A DNA stretch of 62,799 nucleotides, the filler included, from Desulfonatronovibrionaceae bacterium (GTDB taxonomy: Bacteria; Desulfobacterota; Desulfovibrionia; Desulfovibrionales; Desulfonatronovibrionaceae), in NCBI GenBank assembly GCA_046539845.1. It is 4 parts of 4 records of this genome, joined end to end, with 100 filler letters (N's around TTAATTAATTAA, not from the genome) between each part and the next. Parts side by side here need not be neighbours in the genome. Positions count along the whole stretch, not along the records: positions 18,770 to 37,281 come from JBKHGE010000040.1; 3 more parts are not named here. One strand, 5' to 3'. Below the pieces are notes generated by a model, which worked only from the letters and a program-made list of their open reading frames with translations, was not told the DNA's origin and ran no database searches. A program made the position numbers and the translations under genes. This document shows, one piece after another, positions 19,346 to 28,560 of the stretch (its first letter is position 1; the number at the start of each line of letters is the position of its first letter).

Positions 19346-20410
19346 ATGGACTCTGTTCAGAGGACGATAGCCGCTATTTCTGGTGTGGATCAAAACCTGG
19401 TGGATAAGGGCCGGGCGCACATGGATAATCTGACCAAGCCGCGCGGCAGTCTGGGCTACCTGGAGGATCTGGCCTGCCGTTTGTACGCTGTTTGTGGGGG
19501 GAAAAAGGAGCGGCTGAGCGTGGACCCGGCCCGGATCTATACCTGTGCCGGGGACCACGGAGTGGCCGCATCCGGGGTCAGCCTGTTTCCCCAGGAAGTG
19601 ACCCGGCAGATGGTCTTTAATTTCTTAAACCGTGGAGCGGCCATAAATGTCTTGACCGCATGCTGCAATGTGCAGCTCAAAGTGGTGGACGCGGGTTGCC
19701 TCGGGGAGCCCTTTCCCGCGCATGAACTGCTCGTGGATGCCCGGGTGCAGTCCGGGACCAAGGATATATCCCAAGGCCCGGCCATGGATATAGAGACCTG
19801 CATCCGGGCGGTAAACAGAGGAATCCGGCTGGCTGAGGCTGCAGTTGACGATGGTTGTCAAGCCTTGGGTACCGGAGAGATGGGCATTGCCAATACCACC
19901 CCGTCTACAGCGCTTTTTTGCGCCTTTTTCGGCTTTAATCCCAGTGAGATCACCGGGCCGGGAACCGGCCTGGATGAAAGGGGTATGCAGGGCAAGGTGA
20001 AAATTATAGAAAAAGCGTTGGAGGTAAACAAAGACGATATCCGTTCCGGGGACCCCCTGCGGATAATGTCTGCTGTGGGCGGACTGGAGATAGCCTGTTT
20101 GACCGGGCTCATCCTTGGCGGGTCGGCCCGGGGTGTTCCGGTGCTAATAGACGGGTTTATATCCACGGCCGCTTTTGCCGCGGCCTGGATGCTTTCTCCG
20201 CTCGTTTTAGATTATTGTTTTTTTGCCCATGCCTCGGCCGAGCCCGGTTATTTAAAAGTAATGGAGAAAATCGGGGCCAGGCCGGTTTTGGATCTGGACA
20301 TGCGCCTGGGAGAGGGCACCGGTGCGGCCATGGGCGTGCATATCCTGCGCTGCGCCGCGGCTATTTTCAATGATATGGCCACCTTTGATCAGGCCGGGGT
20401 AACCAGCTGA
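19346..20410 (+). CDS. cobT: Nicotinate-nucleotide--dimethylbenzimidazole phosphoribosyltransferase
   Basis: LTKPRGSLGYLE, GDHGV, GEMGIANTT, GPGTG, DGFIS, MRLGEGTGA. Confidence 0.96.
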   Translation: MDSVQRTIAAISGVDQNLVDKGRAHMDNLTKPRGSLGYLEDLACRLYAVCGGKKERLSVDPARIYTCAGDHGVAASGVSLFPQEVTRQMVFNFLNRGAAINVLTACCNVQLKVVDAGCLGEPFPAHELLVDARVQSGTKDISQGPAMDIETCIRAVNRGIRLAEAAVDDGCQALGTGEMGIANTTPSTALFCAFFGFNPSEITGPGTGLDERGMQGKVKIIEKALEVNKDDIRSGDPLRIMSAVGGLEIACLTGLILGGSARGVPVLIDGFISTAAFAAAWMLSPLVLDYCFFAHASAEPGYLKVMEKIGARPVLDLDMRLGEGTGAAMGVHILRCAAAIFNDMATFDQAGVTS

Positions 20411-20615
20411 AATGTTAACCTAAAACCCGGATAAGGGCAATAACTCTTGATTGTTTAAGGTGGATTTTCCGCACCCGCACACTTTGCCGCAGTCTTTTTT
20501 GTGCAACAGGAAAGAACCTGGGAGATTTAAGGAGTCAAGATATATCTATCAAAAAAATCATGTACTACCGAAGTCTTATTTGAGGCTGATGTTCTGATTG
20601 TGTGTGGTGTCGGTA

Positions 20616-20674
20616 CTATTGGCTTAGTTTTGAGCTGGCAATCTGTATGTATATTTATCCTTTTTTTGCGCCAT
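20616..20674 (-). pseudogene. hicB: Remnant of HicB-family antitoxin with nearly the whole gene deleted
   Basis: GGAGG + ATG GCG CAA AAA AAG GAT AAA TAT ACA TAC AGA (MAQKKDKYTYR, a HicB-like start) joined out of frame to GCC AGC TCA AAA CTA AGC CAA TAG (ASSKLSQ*, a HicB-like end). Overlaps the hicA stop region. Confidence 0.6.
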
Positions 20675-20919
20675 GATTGACCTCCAGTTTTTCAATAGCC
20701 AAAAGAACCTGTTTAACCTGGTATATTTTGGCCTTTCCTTTAGCGTTTTGAATATTTACCCGTGGATCACCCTCCCAGGGAGTTTTATAAATTCAATGGC
20801 TGCTTTTTTTTCTGTTGGGGTTCGCCAAAGAAATGATCGCAGATTTTGCATAAGTCAGAATAGCGGACATCTTTTGGTTTCCGCCGTATCTTTTCAAGCA
20901 TGTCATCGATTTTTGTCAT
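20655..20919 (-). pseudogene. hicA: HicA-family mRNA interferase toxin, inactivated by frameshift and nonsense codon
   Basis: Manual translation: MTKIDDMLEKIRRKPKDVRYSDLCKICDHFFGEPQQKK/(shift in A8 run, 20804-20811)SSH*IYKTPWEGDPRVNIQNAKGKAKIYQVKQVLLAIEKLEVNHGAKKG*. In-frame TGA at 20793-20795. Confidence 0.8.
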
Positions 20920-20926
20920 ATGAATT

Positions 20927-20953
20927 TAATATCAATAATGATACCAAGGTCAA
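20927..20953 (-). promoter_or_regulatory. Putative hicAB promoter/operator
   Basis: Minus strand reads TTGACC then the imperfect palindrome TGGTATCA-TTAT-TGATATTA, ending a few nt before the hicA ATG. No SD, suggesting a leaderless mRNA. Confidence 0.4.
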
Positions 20954-21125
20954 TAGGCGAAAGCATGTTTTATGATATGCTTTCACCTATCTGTTCGTGA
21001 AGATGTCGCTGCGGTTAAATTAGGAAAGGCCAGGTTATTTCTTATCGTCTTTTTAGACCAAGACTTAAACTATTTAACCGAGTTTTAAATTGTAGGCTTC
21101 AAGATTAACAATCAAGGTAAAGAAT

Positions 21126-22076
21126 ATGTTTGAGGATAAAAAAGTAGGGCTGGCTTTGGGCAGCGGATCCGCCCGTGGTTGGGCCCATATCGGGATCATT
21201 CGGGCCCTTAGGGATATGGGCATTCATGTGGATGTGGTCGCCGGGTCAAGCATTGGTGCGCTTGTGGGCGCCGTGCATTGCGCCGGTGGTTTGAACCGGC
21301 TGGAGCAGGTGGTTCTGGATCTGGACTGGAGAGGGATCTTCAATATGCTGGATGTGGGCTTTCCCCGTTCCGGTCTTTTGGACGGTCGCAAGGTGGCTCG
21401 GTTCGTGCGCAGTCATGTGCCTCATACCCGGATAGAGGAGCTGCCCTGTTCCTTTTGTGCGGTGTGTACGGATATAATGGCCGGAGAAGAAGTGCGCATA
21501 GATTCCGGGGACGTTATCGAGGCGGTCCGGGCCAGTATTGCCGTGCCCGGGATGTTCACCCCGGTGAAAAAGGGAGAACGTATCCTGGTGGACGGTGGGC
21601 TGATTAACCCCATACCGGTGAGTGTCCTGCAGGACATGGGCGCGGAAGTAATCATCGCCGTGGATCTCAATTATAATCTGATGCGGAGCAGGGCGCTTCG
21701 TAGGAACAGCTCGCCTGAAAGCGAGCACTTAGAGGTGCCTGTGGAGAACAAAGTCGCGGACAATAGGCTGTTCGCTGAATGGCGGGATAGGCTGGCTGCG
21801 ACCGAGAGTACGGTTTTGAGCCAGATAAGACGGTGGATGGTTCGGGATCGGCTACCCAGCATATTCGAGGTTATGTTCAGCTCCCTGGACGTGGTCCAGC
21901 GTCGGGTATCGGATATAAATCTCAAGGATTTTCCCCCGGACATACTTATCCGTCCGGATTTGGGTCATCTGAAATTCATGGATTTCAACCGCGGAAACGA
22001 GGCCATTGCAGAGGGATATGCGGCCGCGGCCCGGGAGGTTGAATCCTATAGAAAAAGGATCGAGGATAAGAGCTGA
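21126..22076 (+). CDS. rssA: Patatin-like phospholipase (RssA family)
   Basis: LALGSGSARGWAHIG, GSSIG nucleophile motif, RASIAVPG, DGG. Confidence 0.9.
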   Translation: MFEDKKVGLALGSGSARGWAHIGIIRALRDMGIHVDVVAGSSIGALVGAVHCAGGLNRLEQVVLDLDWRGIFNMLDVGFPRSGLLDGRKVARFVRSHVPHTRIEELPCSFCAVCTDIMAGEEVRIDSGDVIEAVRASIAVPGMFTPVKKGERILVDGGLINPIPVSVLQDMGAEVIIAVDLNYNLMRSRALRRNSSPESEHLEVPVENKVADNRLFAEWRDRLAATESTVLSQIRRWMVRDRLPSIFEVMFSSLDVVQRRVSDINLKDFPPDILIRPDLGHLKFMDFNRGNEAIAEGYAAAAREVESYRKRIEDKS

Positions 22077-22513
22077 AGCGCAGCCATGGCGTATATTCCG
22101 GCCAGGACATCGTCGAGCATGATCGACCACCCACCCGGGAGCATGCTCTCGGCCCGCTTGACCGGAAAGGGCTTTAGGATGTCAAAGAATCTGAAGAAGA
22201 AAAATCCGCAGGCCAGGGCGATCCAGGACCCGGAGGCCACGAACAGAAGCGTGATCCACTGTCCCACGAGCTCGTCAATCACTATCCACCCCGGATCCTT
22301 TTTTTTACTCGCCTTTTCCGCCCGGTCGGAGACTACTGCCCCGGCAGCGAACAAAAGCACCACAAGCGCAGCCCGTCCCGGTACCGGCAGGGGCAGAAAA
22401 CAAAATGGCGCGATCAGGACCGAAAACAAAGAGCCCCAGGTCCCGGGGATGCGTGGAAGCCGTCCCACCGGGCCCAGCCCGGCAACAAAGGAGCATATCC
22501 GGTCTGTATTCAT
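22046..22513 (-). CDS. pgpA: Phosphatidylglycerophosphatase A
   Basis: PGTWGS, DPGWIVIDELVG, FRFFDILKPFP, IMLDDVLAG. Confidence 0.94.
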   Translation of the reverse strand: MNTDRICSFVAGLGPVGRLPRIPGTWGSLFSVLIAPFCFLPLPVPGRAALVVLLFAAGAVVSDRAEKASKKKDPGWIVIDELVGQWITLLFVASGSWIALACGFFFFRFFDILKPFPVKRAESMLPGGWSIMLDDVLAGIYAMAALQLLSSILFL

Positions 22514-23127
22514 GCCGGTTCAATGCATCCGGTCTTTAAAAGTTGTTTGGCGGTACGGGACAGGGGCAGTCCTATCACGTTGGTGTACGAACCGCGAACA
22601 TGGTCCACCAGAAAGCCGCCTGCTCCCTGCATGGCATAGGCCCCGGCCTTGTCCTCGGTTTCCCCGGTGTCTATATACGCCTTTAAAATTTCTGTATCAA
22701 AGCTGTCCATGCGCACCCAAGTGCTCGCGGTAAAGGATATGTCCTCTTGAAGTGTCTCTCCGGTTAAAAAAATCCCGGAGATTACCTCGTGCTCCCGGCC
22801 GGCCAGGCTGGAAAGCATTTTCAAGGCGTGGTCCGGATTTTTGGGTTTGCCCATGATTTCCCCATCCAGAACTACAGCTGTGTCCGCGCCCAGGACAAGG
22901 GAATCCTTTTCCCTTTTTCCCGTGTCTTTAGCCTTGAGTTCGGCCATTTTCAGGACATAGTCCCCGGGGTCTTGGCCGGGCTGCGGGGGAGGCTCCTTAA
23001 TCCGGCTAGGGCGGACAAAGAAGCTAATCCCCAGTGAGGTCAAAAGGGTTTGCCGGCGCGGGGAGGCCGAAGCCAGAACCAACCTTTTTACCGACCTGAA
23101 CGGCCCTCTGATATCTATATCCGGCAT
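22510..23127 (-). CDS. maf: Maf family nucleoside triphosphate pyrophosphatase
   Basis: LASASPRR, GADT, GKP, DKAGAY, GSYTNVIGLP. Confidence 0.94.
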   Translation of the reverse strand: MPDIDIRGPFRSVKRLVLASASPRRQTLLTSLGISFFVRPSRIKEPPPQPGQDPGDYVLKMAELKAKDTGKREKDSLVLGADTAVVLDGEIMGKPKNPDHALKMLSSLAGREHEVISGIFLTGETLQEDISFTASTWVRMDSFDTEILKAYIDTGETEDKAGAYAMQGAGGFLVDHVRGSYTNVIGLPLSRTAKQLLKTGCIEPA

Positions 23128-23271
23128 GTGTTATGTAAATCCTAAAGGTTAATAGACTTCGTCGTGCGTGCCGAAGTCGATAAAAAGAACTTTTTTGTTA
23201 GAGATAAATTCAAAAATTACTCTGTTATTCGTGATTTATGCTGAAAGACCAGATTCCTTAGGAAGAAAGAA

Positions 23272-24639
23272 TCAATTTGTCCGGTCGGCCAGTAGGGCCT
23301 GCTTCAGGCTCTCATCCAGGGTGGGGTGGGCGAAGATGAGTTCTTCCACCTGCCTGCGCTCCCAGGCCTGATCGACAATAGTCTGGGCCAGGGTAACCAA
23401 GTGAGAAACATTGTGTCCTACCGCGGAGATCCCAGCCACACGGCCCTTCTCCCAGATTACTTTAATCAGCCCGTATCCGGCTCCGTGCGCCTGGCAAATG
23501 GGATTGGCCACCAGTTGGGCCCGGGTGCAGAAATATTCCCGGCCCTGCTGGCGCACCTGCTCCTCGGTGTAGCCGGCGCGCATAATATCCGGCGGGCCGT
23601 ACACGCAGGAGGGGATCGGCCTTCGGGGATAAAAAGAGGTCGTCTCCCCCGAGATATGCTTGATTGTATATTCCGCCTGATGCGAGGCAGCGTGGGCCAG
23701 TTGACAGATATTGTTTACATCCCCGATCGCATATATTCCCTCGGCGGCCCGGAGATATTCATCCACCTGGATCCAGCCGGTCTTGTCCTGGCCTACTTCC
23801 TGGATTTTTTCCAGTCCCAGACTGTCCACGTTGGGCCAGCGTCCGGTCGCGAGCAGGCATTTATCCACCTCGAGATCCTTGTCGCTGTCTTTAAAAGAAA
23901 TACACAGCCCATTGGCAGACTTTTCAATTCCCGAGACCATGCACCCCGGGCGTACATCCCATTTCTCCCGTTTCAGGATCTTGTGCATTTCCTTGCTTAT
24001 TTCCGGGTCTTCGTACGGGGCGATGCGGTCCATGGCTTCTATGAGGAAGATTTTACAGCCCAAACGGTGCAGGAAGCGGCCCATTTCCAGACCGATGGCC
24101 CCGGCCCCGATAACAGCCATGCTCGAGGGGATTTCCTTAAGCTGCAACAGGTCGTTGGAATCAAGTATTTTCTCGTGATCCGGGTCTATTCCCGGAAGGG
24201 GGGCGGGCTTGCTGCCCGTGGCCAGGATTATGTTTGCGGCCGAGATCTCCTGCATGTCCTGCTTGGTTTGCACCTGCACCCGGCCGTCTCCCATAAGGCC
24301 GGCTGTACCTTGGATTACCTCCACTCCCAGCGAATCCAATTCTTTGCCCATGGCCTTTTGTGTGGCGGAAAGCAAAGAAGTCTTCCTTTTCTGCAGGGTG
24401 TTTAAATCAATGTCTATGTCCCCGGAAGCCAAGCGTAGCCTTTTCTGGGCGGCAAGGGAGTCCAGGGGTTCTGTGGCCCCTAAAAAGAGCTTGGTCGGAA
24501 TGCAGCCCCAATTCAGGCAGGTCCCTCCCAGAGGAGCTTTTTCCACCACGGCGGTTTCAAGGCCCTTGTGGGCCGCGGCAAGAGCGGCTGCGTGTCCCCC
24601 CGGTCCGGACCCGATAATGATCAGATCTTTTTTGGGCAT
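23272..24639 (-). CDS. lpdA: Dihydrolipoyl dehydrogenase (glycine cleavage L protein)
   Basis: IGSGPGG, GGTCLNWGCIPTK redox dithiol, IGAGAIGLE, HPTLDE. Last gene of the gcv operon. Confidence 0.93.
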   Translation of the reverse strand: MPKKDLIIIGSGPGGHAAALAAAHKGLETAVVEKAPLGGTCLNWGCIPTKLFLGATEPLDSLAAQKRLRLASGDIDIDLNTLQKRKTSLLSATQKAMGKELDSLGVEVIQGTAGLMGDGRVQVQTKQDMQEISAANIILATGSKPAPLPGIDPDHEKILDSNDLLQLKEIPSSMAVIGAGAIGLEMGRFLHRLGCKIFLIEAMDRIAPYEDPEISKEMHKILKREKWDVRPGCMVSGIEKSANGLCISFKDSDKDLEVDKCLLATGRWPNVDSLGLEKIQEVGQDKTGWIQVDEYLRAAEGIYAIGDVNNICQLAHAASHQAEYTIKHISGETTSFYPRRPIPSCVYGPPDIMRAGYTEEQVRQQGREYFCTRAQLVANPICQAHGAGYGLIKVIWEKGRVAGISAVGHNVSHLVTLAQTIVDQAWERRQVEELIFAHPTLDESLKQALLADRTN

Positions 24640-26078
24640 TACTCGCGAAGCTCCATTTTTTTGGCTGCACGGACTTCATCCAGACGGCGAACAGGCGTGA
24701 AGTACGGGGCGTTTCGGACCTGTTCCGGGTCTTTTTCCGCGGTTTCCAGGATCTCGATGAGGTCGTCCACAAACCGGTCCAGGGTTTCCTTGGATTCGGT
24801 CTCGGTGGGCTCGATCATCAGACATTCCTTGACAATGAGCGGGAAGTACACGGTCGGGGCGTGGTGTCCTTTGTCCAGAAGGGCCTTGGCTATGTCCACG
24901 GCCCGAACCCCTTTCTGGGCCTGGTTGACTGCCGAGGCCACGAATTCGTGCATGCAGACCCGGTTATAGGGGATATGCAGGTGGTTTTCCAGGCGCTTGC
25001 GCATGTAATTGGCCGCGAGCACCGCATATTTAGAGGCCCGGATAAGCCCCTCCCGGCCCAGCCGCAGGATATAGGCATAGGCCTTGAGGATCACCCCGAA
25101 ATTACCGTAGAAGGGGGCGATATAGCCTATAGAGTCCGGGTAGTCGTAGTCCAGGAAGTATTGTCCGTCTTCGAGGCGAATCACCCGGGAAACTGGCAGG
25201 AAGGGCTCTAATTTCTTGTTCACTCCTACCGGCCCTGACCCTGGTCCACCGCTCCCGTGCGGAGTGCCGAAGGTCTTGTGCAAGTTGAGGTGGACCACGT
25301 CAAAGCCCACGTCTCCGACCCGCATCTGGCCCATGATCGCGTTCAGATTGGCCCCGTCGTAATACAAGAGGGCGTCTACGGAGTGCAGCATATCCACTAT
25401 CTCCGGGAGATGGTCTTCAAAAAGTCCCAGGGTGTTCGGACAGGTCATCATCAGCGCGGCCACGTCCTGGTCCAGATTCTCCCGGAGTACTTCCGGATCG
25501 ATGATTCCGTCTTTGGATTCAATGCTGACCACGTCAAAGCCGGCAATGGCCGCGGAGGCTGGATTGGTGCCGTGGGCGGAATCCGGGACGATTATCTTGG
25601 TCTTTTTGTTCCCCTTGTGCCGGTGATAGGCCGCGATAAGCACCGCCCCGGTCAATTCGCCGTGCGCCCCGGCCAGGGGCTGCAGGGTAAAGGCATCCAT
25701 TCCGGTTATCTCGCACAAGAGCCTTTCGGTGCTATGGATTACCTCCAGGGCGCCTTGTGTGTATTGGCCGGCCCCGCGCAATTGCGGCTCCAGAGGGTGC
25801 AGATCGGTAAATCCGGGCAGTGCAGCCAGTTTTTCGTTGAATTTGGGGTTGTATTTCATGGTGCACGAGCCCAAGGGGTAAAAATTCCCGTCCACCCCGA
25901 AGTTTTTGCGCGCAAGCCGCGTGAAGTGCCGGACCACGTCCAGCTCCGAAAGCTCGGGCAGTTTGGCCGGCTCGGAGCGGACAAGGGAGGTGGGAAGCAT
26001 ATCCCGGGCCGTGTTTCCTGTGCCGTCCGGGAGTATGCCGGTCCTGTTTGTCTTTGATTTCTCAAACATGGTCTTCAT
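24639..26078 (-). CDS. gcvPB: Glycine dehydrogenase subunit 2
   Basis: FYPLGSCTMKYNP, AHGTNPAS, YDGANLNA, NLHKTFGTPHGSGGPG, IEPTETE. True ATG at 26078 overlaps the gcvPA stop. Confidence 0.96.
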   Translation of the reverse strand: MKTMFEKSKTNRTGILPDGTGNTARDMLPTSLVRSEPAKLPELSELDVVRHFTRLARKNFGVDGNFYPLGSCTMKYNPKFNEKLAALPGFTDLHPLEPQLRGAGQYTQGALEVIHSTERLLCEITGMDAFTLQPLAGAHGELTGAVLIAAYHRHKGNKKTKIIVPDSAHGTNPASAAIAGFDVVSIESKDGIIDPEVLRENLDQDVAALMMTCPNTLGLFEDHLPEIVDMLHSVDALLYYDGANLNAIMGQMRVGDVGFDVVHLNLHKTFGTPHGSGGPGSGPVGVNKKLEPFLPVSRVIRLEDGQYFLDYDYPDSIGYIAPFYGNFGVILKAYAYILRLGREGLIRASKYAVLAANYMRKRLENHLHIPYNRVCMHEFVASAVNQAQKGVRAVDIAKALLDKGHHAPTVYFPLIVKECLMIEPTETESKETLDRFVDDLIEILETAEKDPEQVRNAPYFTPVRRLDEVRAAKKMELRE

Positions 26079-27406
26079 AGCGCACCTCGCATCATCTCGG
26101 CCAGGATGTTGATCTCCTGCCTGGTTCTCTTTTCCGTGCAGGCCACCAAGAGACAGTTCTCCATGCCCGGGTAGTATCCTCCGACAGGGAAGCCCGGGAC
26201 ATAACCCTCCTGGGCGAGCCGGTCCACCACCTCGTATGCGTTGACCGGGAGGCAGACAGTGAATTCGTAGCCGAACGGGGCCTGATTCAGGAGTTCCACT
26301 CCGGGGATGGCGGTCAGTTTTTCCGCCGTGTACCGGGCGTTGTCCATGCAGCTCTCCGCAGTGGCAGCCAGTCCGGCCGGGCCGAGCAATGAGATATAGG
26401 CCAGGCTCTGCAGGGCGCAAAGGGCCTGATTGGAACAGATATTCGAGGTCGCTTTCTGGCGGCGGATATGCTGCTCCCTGGCCTGGATGGTGAGTACGTA
26501 CCCGGTTCTGCCTTCGGTATCCACGGTCTTTCCGGCCACCCGTCCGGGCATTTGGCGGATGAGTTTCCCGTTGCAGGCGATCATTCCCAGATAGGGGCCG
26601 CCGAAATTGAGCGGCAGGCCCAGGCTCTGGCCTTCGGCCACCGCGATGTCCGCGCCCATCTCTCCGGCTGTCTTTAAAACGGACTGCAAAAGCGGATTTA
26701 CCGAGATTATGTTTATTATCTTGTGCTCTCTGGCCTTGGCGAACAGATCGGAGAAATCGCTTATGCAGCCGAAGAAATTGGGGTTTTGGACCACAAGGGC
26801 GGCCACGTCCTCATCCAGGGCGGCCTCTAGAGCGTGTATGTCTGTCTGCCCCTGTTTTTGGGGGATGGTCTTTAATTCCAGGTGTAGATTGGTGGTATAG
26901 CTGTCCAGGATGCGTCTGTATATGGGGTTTATTCCTTCGGAGATGAGTATCTTTTTCCTTTTGCTGGAGCGTACGGCCATCATGGCCGCCTCATAGATGG
27001 CGGTCCCGCCGTCGTATAGGGAGGCGTTGGAGTATTCCATGTCCAAGAGGCGGCAGACAGCGGTCTGGTATTCAAAAATGGCCTGCAGGGTGCCCTGGGA
27101 GGCCTCTGGCTGATACGGGGTATAAGCGGTGTAGAATTCCGATCTGGAGATCACGTCCGTGACCGCGGCCGGGATATAATGGTCATAAAACCCCCCGCCC
27201 AGAAAAGTGCAGACTTTGGTGTTGTTTTTCTGGGATAATTCCTGCACGTGCCGGACCACGCGCATTTCGCTCATACCCTCGGGGAGATCAAAACTTCGGG
27301 GCCGAAGATCCCCCTTTATGCCGGAGAATAGATCGTGGATATTATTCACCCCGATGGTTTCCAGCATTGCCTTTGTCTGTTCTGTAGTATGTGGAATATA
27401 TGGCAT
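26075..27406 (-). CDS. gcvPA: Glycine dehydrogenase subunit 1
   Basis: EFYTAYTPYQPEASQG, NASLYDG, GGPYLG, REQHIRRQKATSNICSNQ. Confidence 0.96.
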   Translation of the reverse strand: MPYIPHTTEQTKAMLETIGVNNIHDLFSGIKGDLRPRSFDLPEGMSEMRVVRHVQELSQKNNTKVCTFLGGGFYDHYIPAAVTDVISRSEFYTAYTPYQPEASQGTLQAIFEYQTAVCRLLDMEYSNASLYDGGTAIYEAAMMAVRSSKRKKILISEGINPIYRRILDSYTTNLHLELKTIPQKQGQTDIHALEAALDEDVAALVVQNPNFFGCISDFSDLFAKAREHKIINIISVNPLLQSVLKTAGEMGADIAVAEGQSLGLPLNFGGPYLGMIACNGKLIRQMPGRVAGKTVDTEGRTGYVLTIQAREQHIRRQKATSNICSNQALCALQSLAYISLLGPAGLAATAESCMDNARYTAEKLTAIPGVELLNQAPFGYEFTVCLPVNAYEVVDRLAQEGYVPGFPVGGYYPGMENCLLVACTEKRTRQEINILAEMMRGAL

Positions 27407-27442
27407 AATTGCTTATATCTTGATGGGTTTAGGTTGGGATTA

Positions 27443-27823
27443 TTAATGACCTTCTTCACTGACCAGCTGGGCGTAGGCTGTGGAGTCCATGAGCTCAGCC
27501 GGGAGATCGGTGTATTTTATTTTGGCTATCCAGCCCGTTCCGTAGGGATCCTGGTTTATTTTCTCCGGCTCGTCCTCCAGGTCGGCATTCACCTCGATCA
27601 CCTCCCCGCTGGCCGGGGCGTATATCTCGCTGGCCGCCTTGACCGATTCCACGCTGCCCATCTCCTCGCCGGCGGTGAGTTCCTGGCCCTTTTCCGGGAG
27701 ATCGACAAAGGTGATATCCCCCAGCTGCTCCTGGGCAAAGTGGGTGATGCCCATAACAAGTTCTTCACCCTCAATCTTAACCCATTCATGGGATTGGGTG
27801 TACTTCAGTCCTTCAGGTATCAT
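27443..27823 (-). CDS. gcvH: Glycine cleavage system H protein
   Basis: [30 protein letters not shown] (lipoyl lysine), [13 protein letters not shown] at 27823 after AGGAG. Confidence 0.96.
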   Translation of the reverse strand: MIPEGLKYTQSHEWVKIEGEELVMGITHFAQEQLGDITFVDLPEKGQELTAGEEMGSVESVKAASEIYAPASGEVIEVNADLEDEPEKINQDPYGTGWIAKIKYTDLPAELMDSTAYAQLVSEEGH

Positions 27824-27989
27824 TGTTCTCTCCTTTGGTTTTTTGATTGCCAAAACTGGGCTTTGCATATAACTAAAGCGGTCAAAGGGCAATGGTTGTA
27901 ATCCGTTTTTTTTACAGTTATTTTTAATTCAACTGGGGATTGCCGCGGTTAAATCCGACCTGAATTGTAAAGCTGGGGAGGCTGAGATT

Positions 27990-28499
27990 ATGGACACCTT
28001 GGAGTGTATAGCTACCCGCAGGAGTATCCGTAAATATACCGGAGAAGATGTTTCTCCGGAGCTGGTGGATAAGCTTTTGAAAGCGGCCATGTCTGCTCCC
28101 TCGGCCGGGGATGCCCGACCCTGGGAGTTCGTGGTGGTTCGAGAAAAAGAGCGCCTGGAAAGGGTGCAGGAATTCAATCCATATGCAGCCATGGCTCCGA
28201 AGGCGGCGGTGGGCATCTTGGTCTGCGGGAACCTGGCCCGGGAAAAGTTTCCCGGATTCTGGGGCCAGGACTGCTCGGCAGCAGTGGAAAACCTGTTGCT
28301 GGCCGCGAATGCCCTAGGACTGGGAGCGGTGTGGACCGGGATCTATCCTCTGGAGGACAGAGTGGAGAGGTGCAGGACCGTGTTCGGACTCCCGGATAAC
28401 GTGCTCCCCCTGGCCTTTGTCCCTCTCGGCTGGCCCGCACAAGAACGCAAAGAGATTAATAGATTCGACTCCGGAAGGATCCATTGCGAGTCATGGTAA
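27990..28499 (+). CDS. Nitroreductase family protein
   Basis: RRSIRKY, AMSAPSAG..PWEF, DCSAAVENLLLAA..LGLGAVW. Confidence 0.93.
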   Translation: MDTLECIATRRSIRKYTGEDVSPELVDKLLKAAMSAPSAGDARPWEFVVVREKERLERVQEFNPYAAMAPKAAVGILVCGNLAREKFPGFWGQDCSAAVENLLLAANALGLGAVWTGIYPLEDRVERCRTVFGLPDNVLPLAFVPLGWPAQERKEINRFDSGRIHCESW

Positions 28500-28560
28500 G
28501 GCGCGGATCAGGCATGTCCCTTTTTTACCGTCCGGGGAAAGACCGAGGCTTGGATCGTTT

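Noticed and set aside
20793..20795. In-frame TGA in hicA as selenocysteine
   Set aside because: The position corresponds to Arg in the SSHRI motif, not Cys, and the gene has a second lesion and a deleted partner.
20673..20975. 100-aa plus-strand ORF in the ORF track
   Set aside because: Antisense shadow of the minus-strand hicA pseudogene.
26079..26420. N-terminal extension of the 593-aa gcvPB ORF, and similar extensions of ABC-F, UvrD fusion, PilS-like kinase, GH3 and RAYT
   Set aside because: They overlap upstream genes or non-coding DNA. Downstream starts with an RBS or stop-start overlap fit better.
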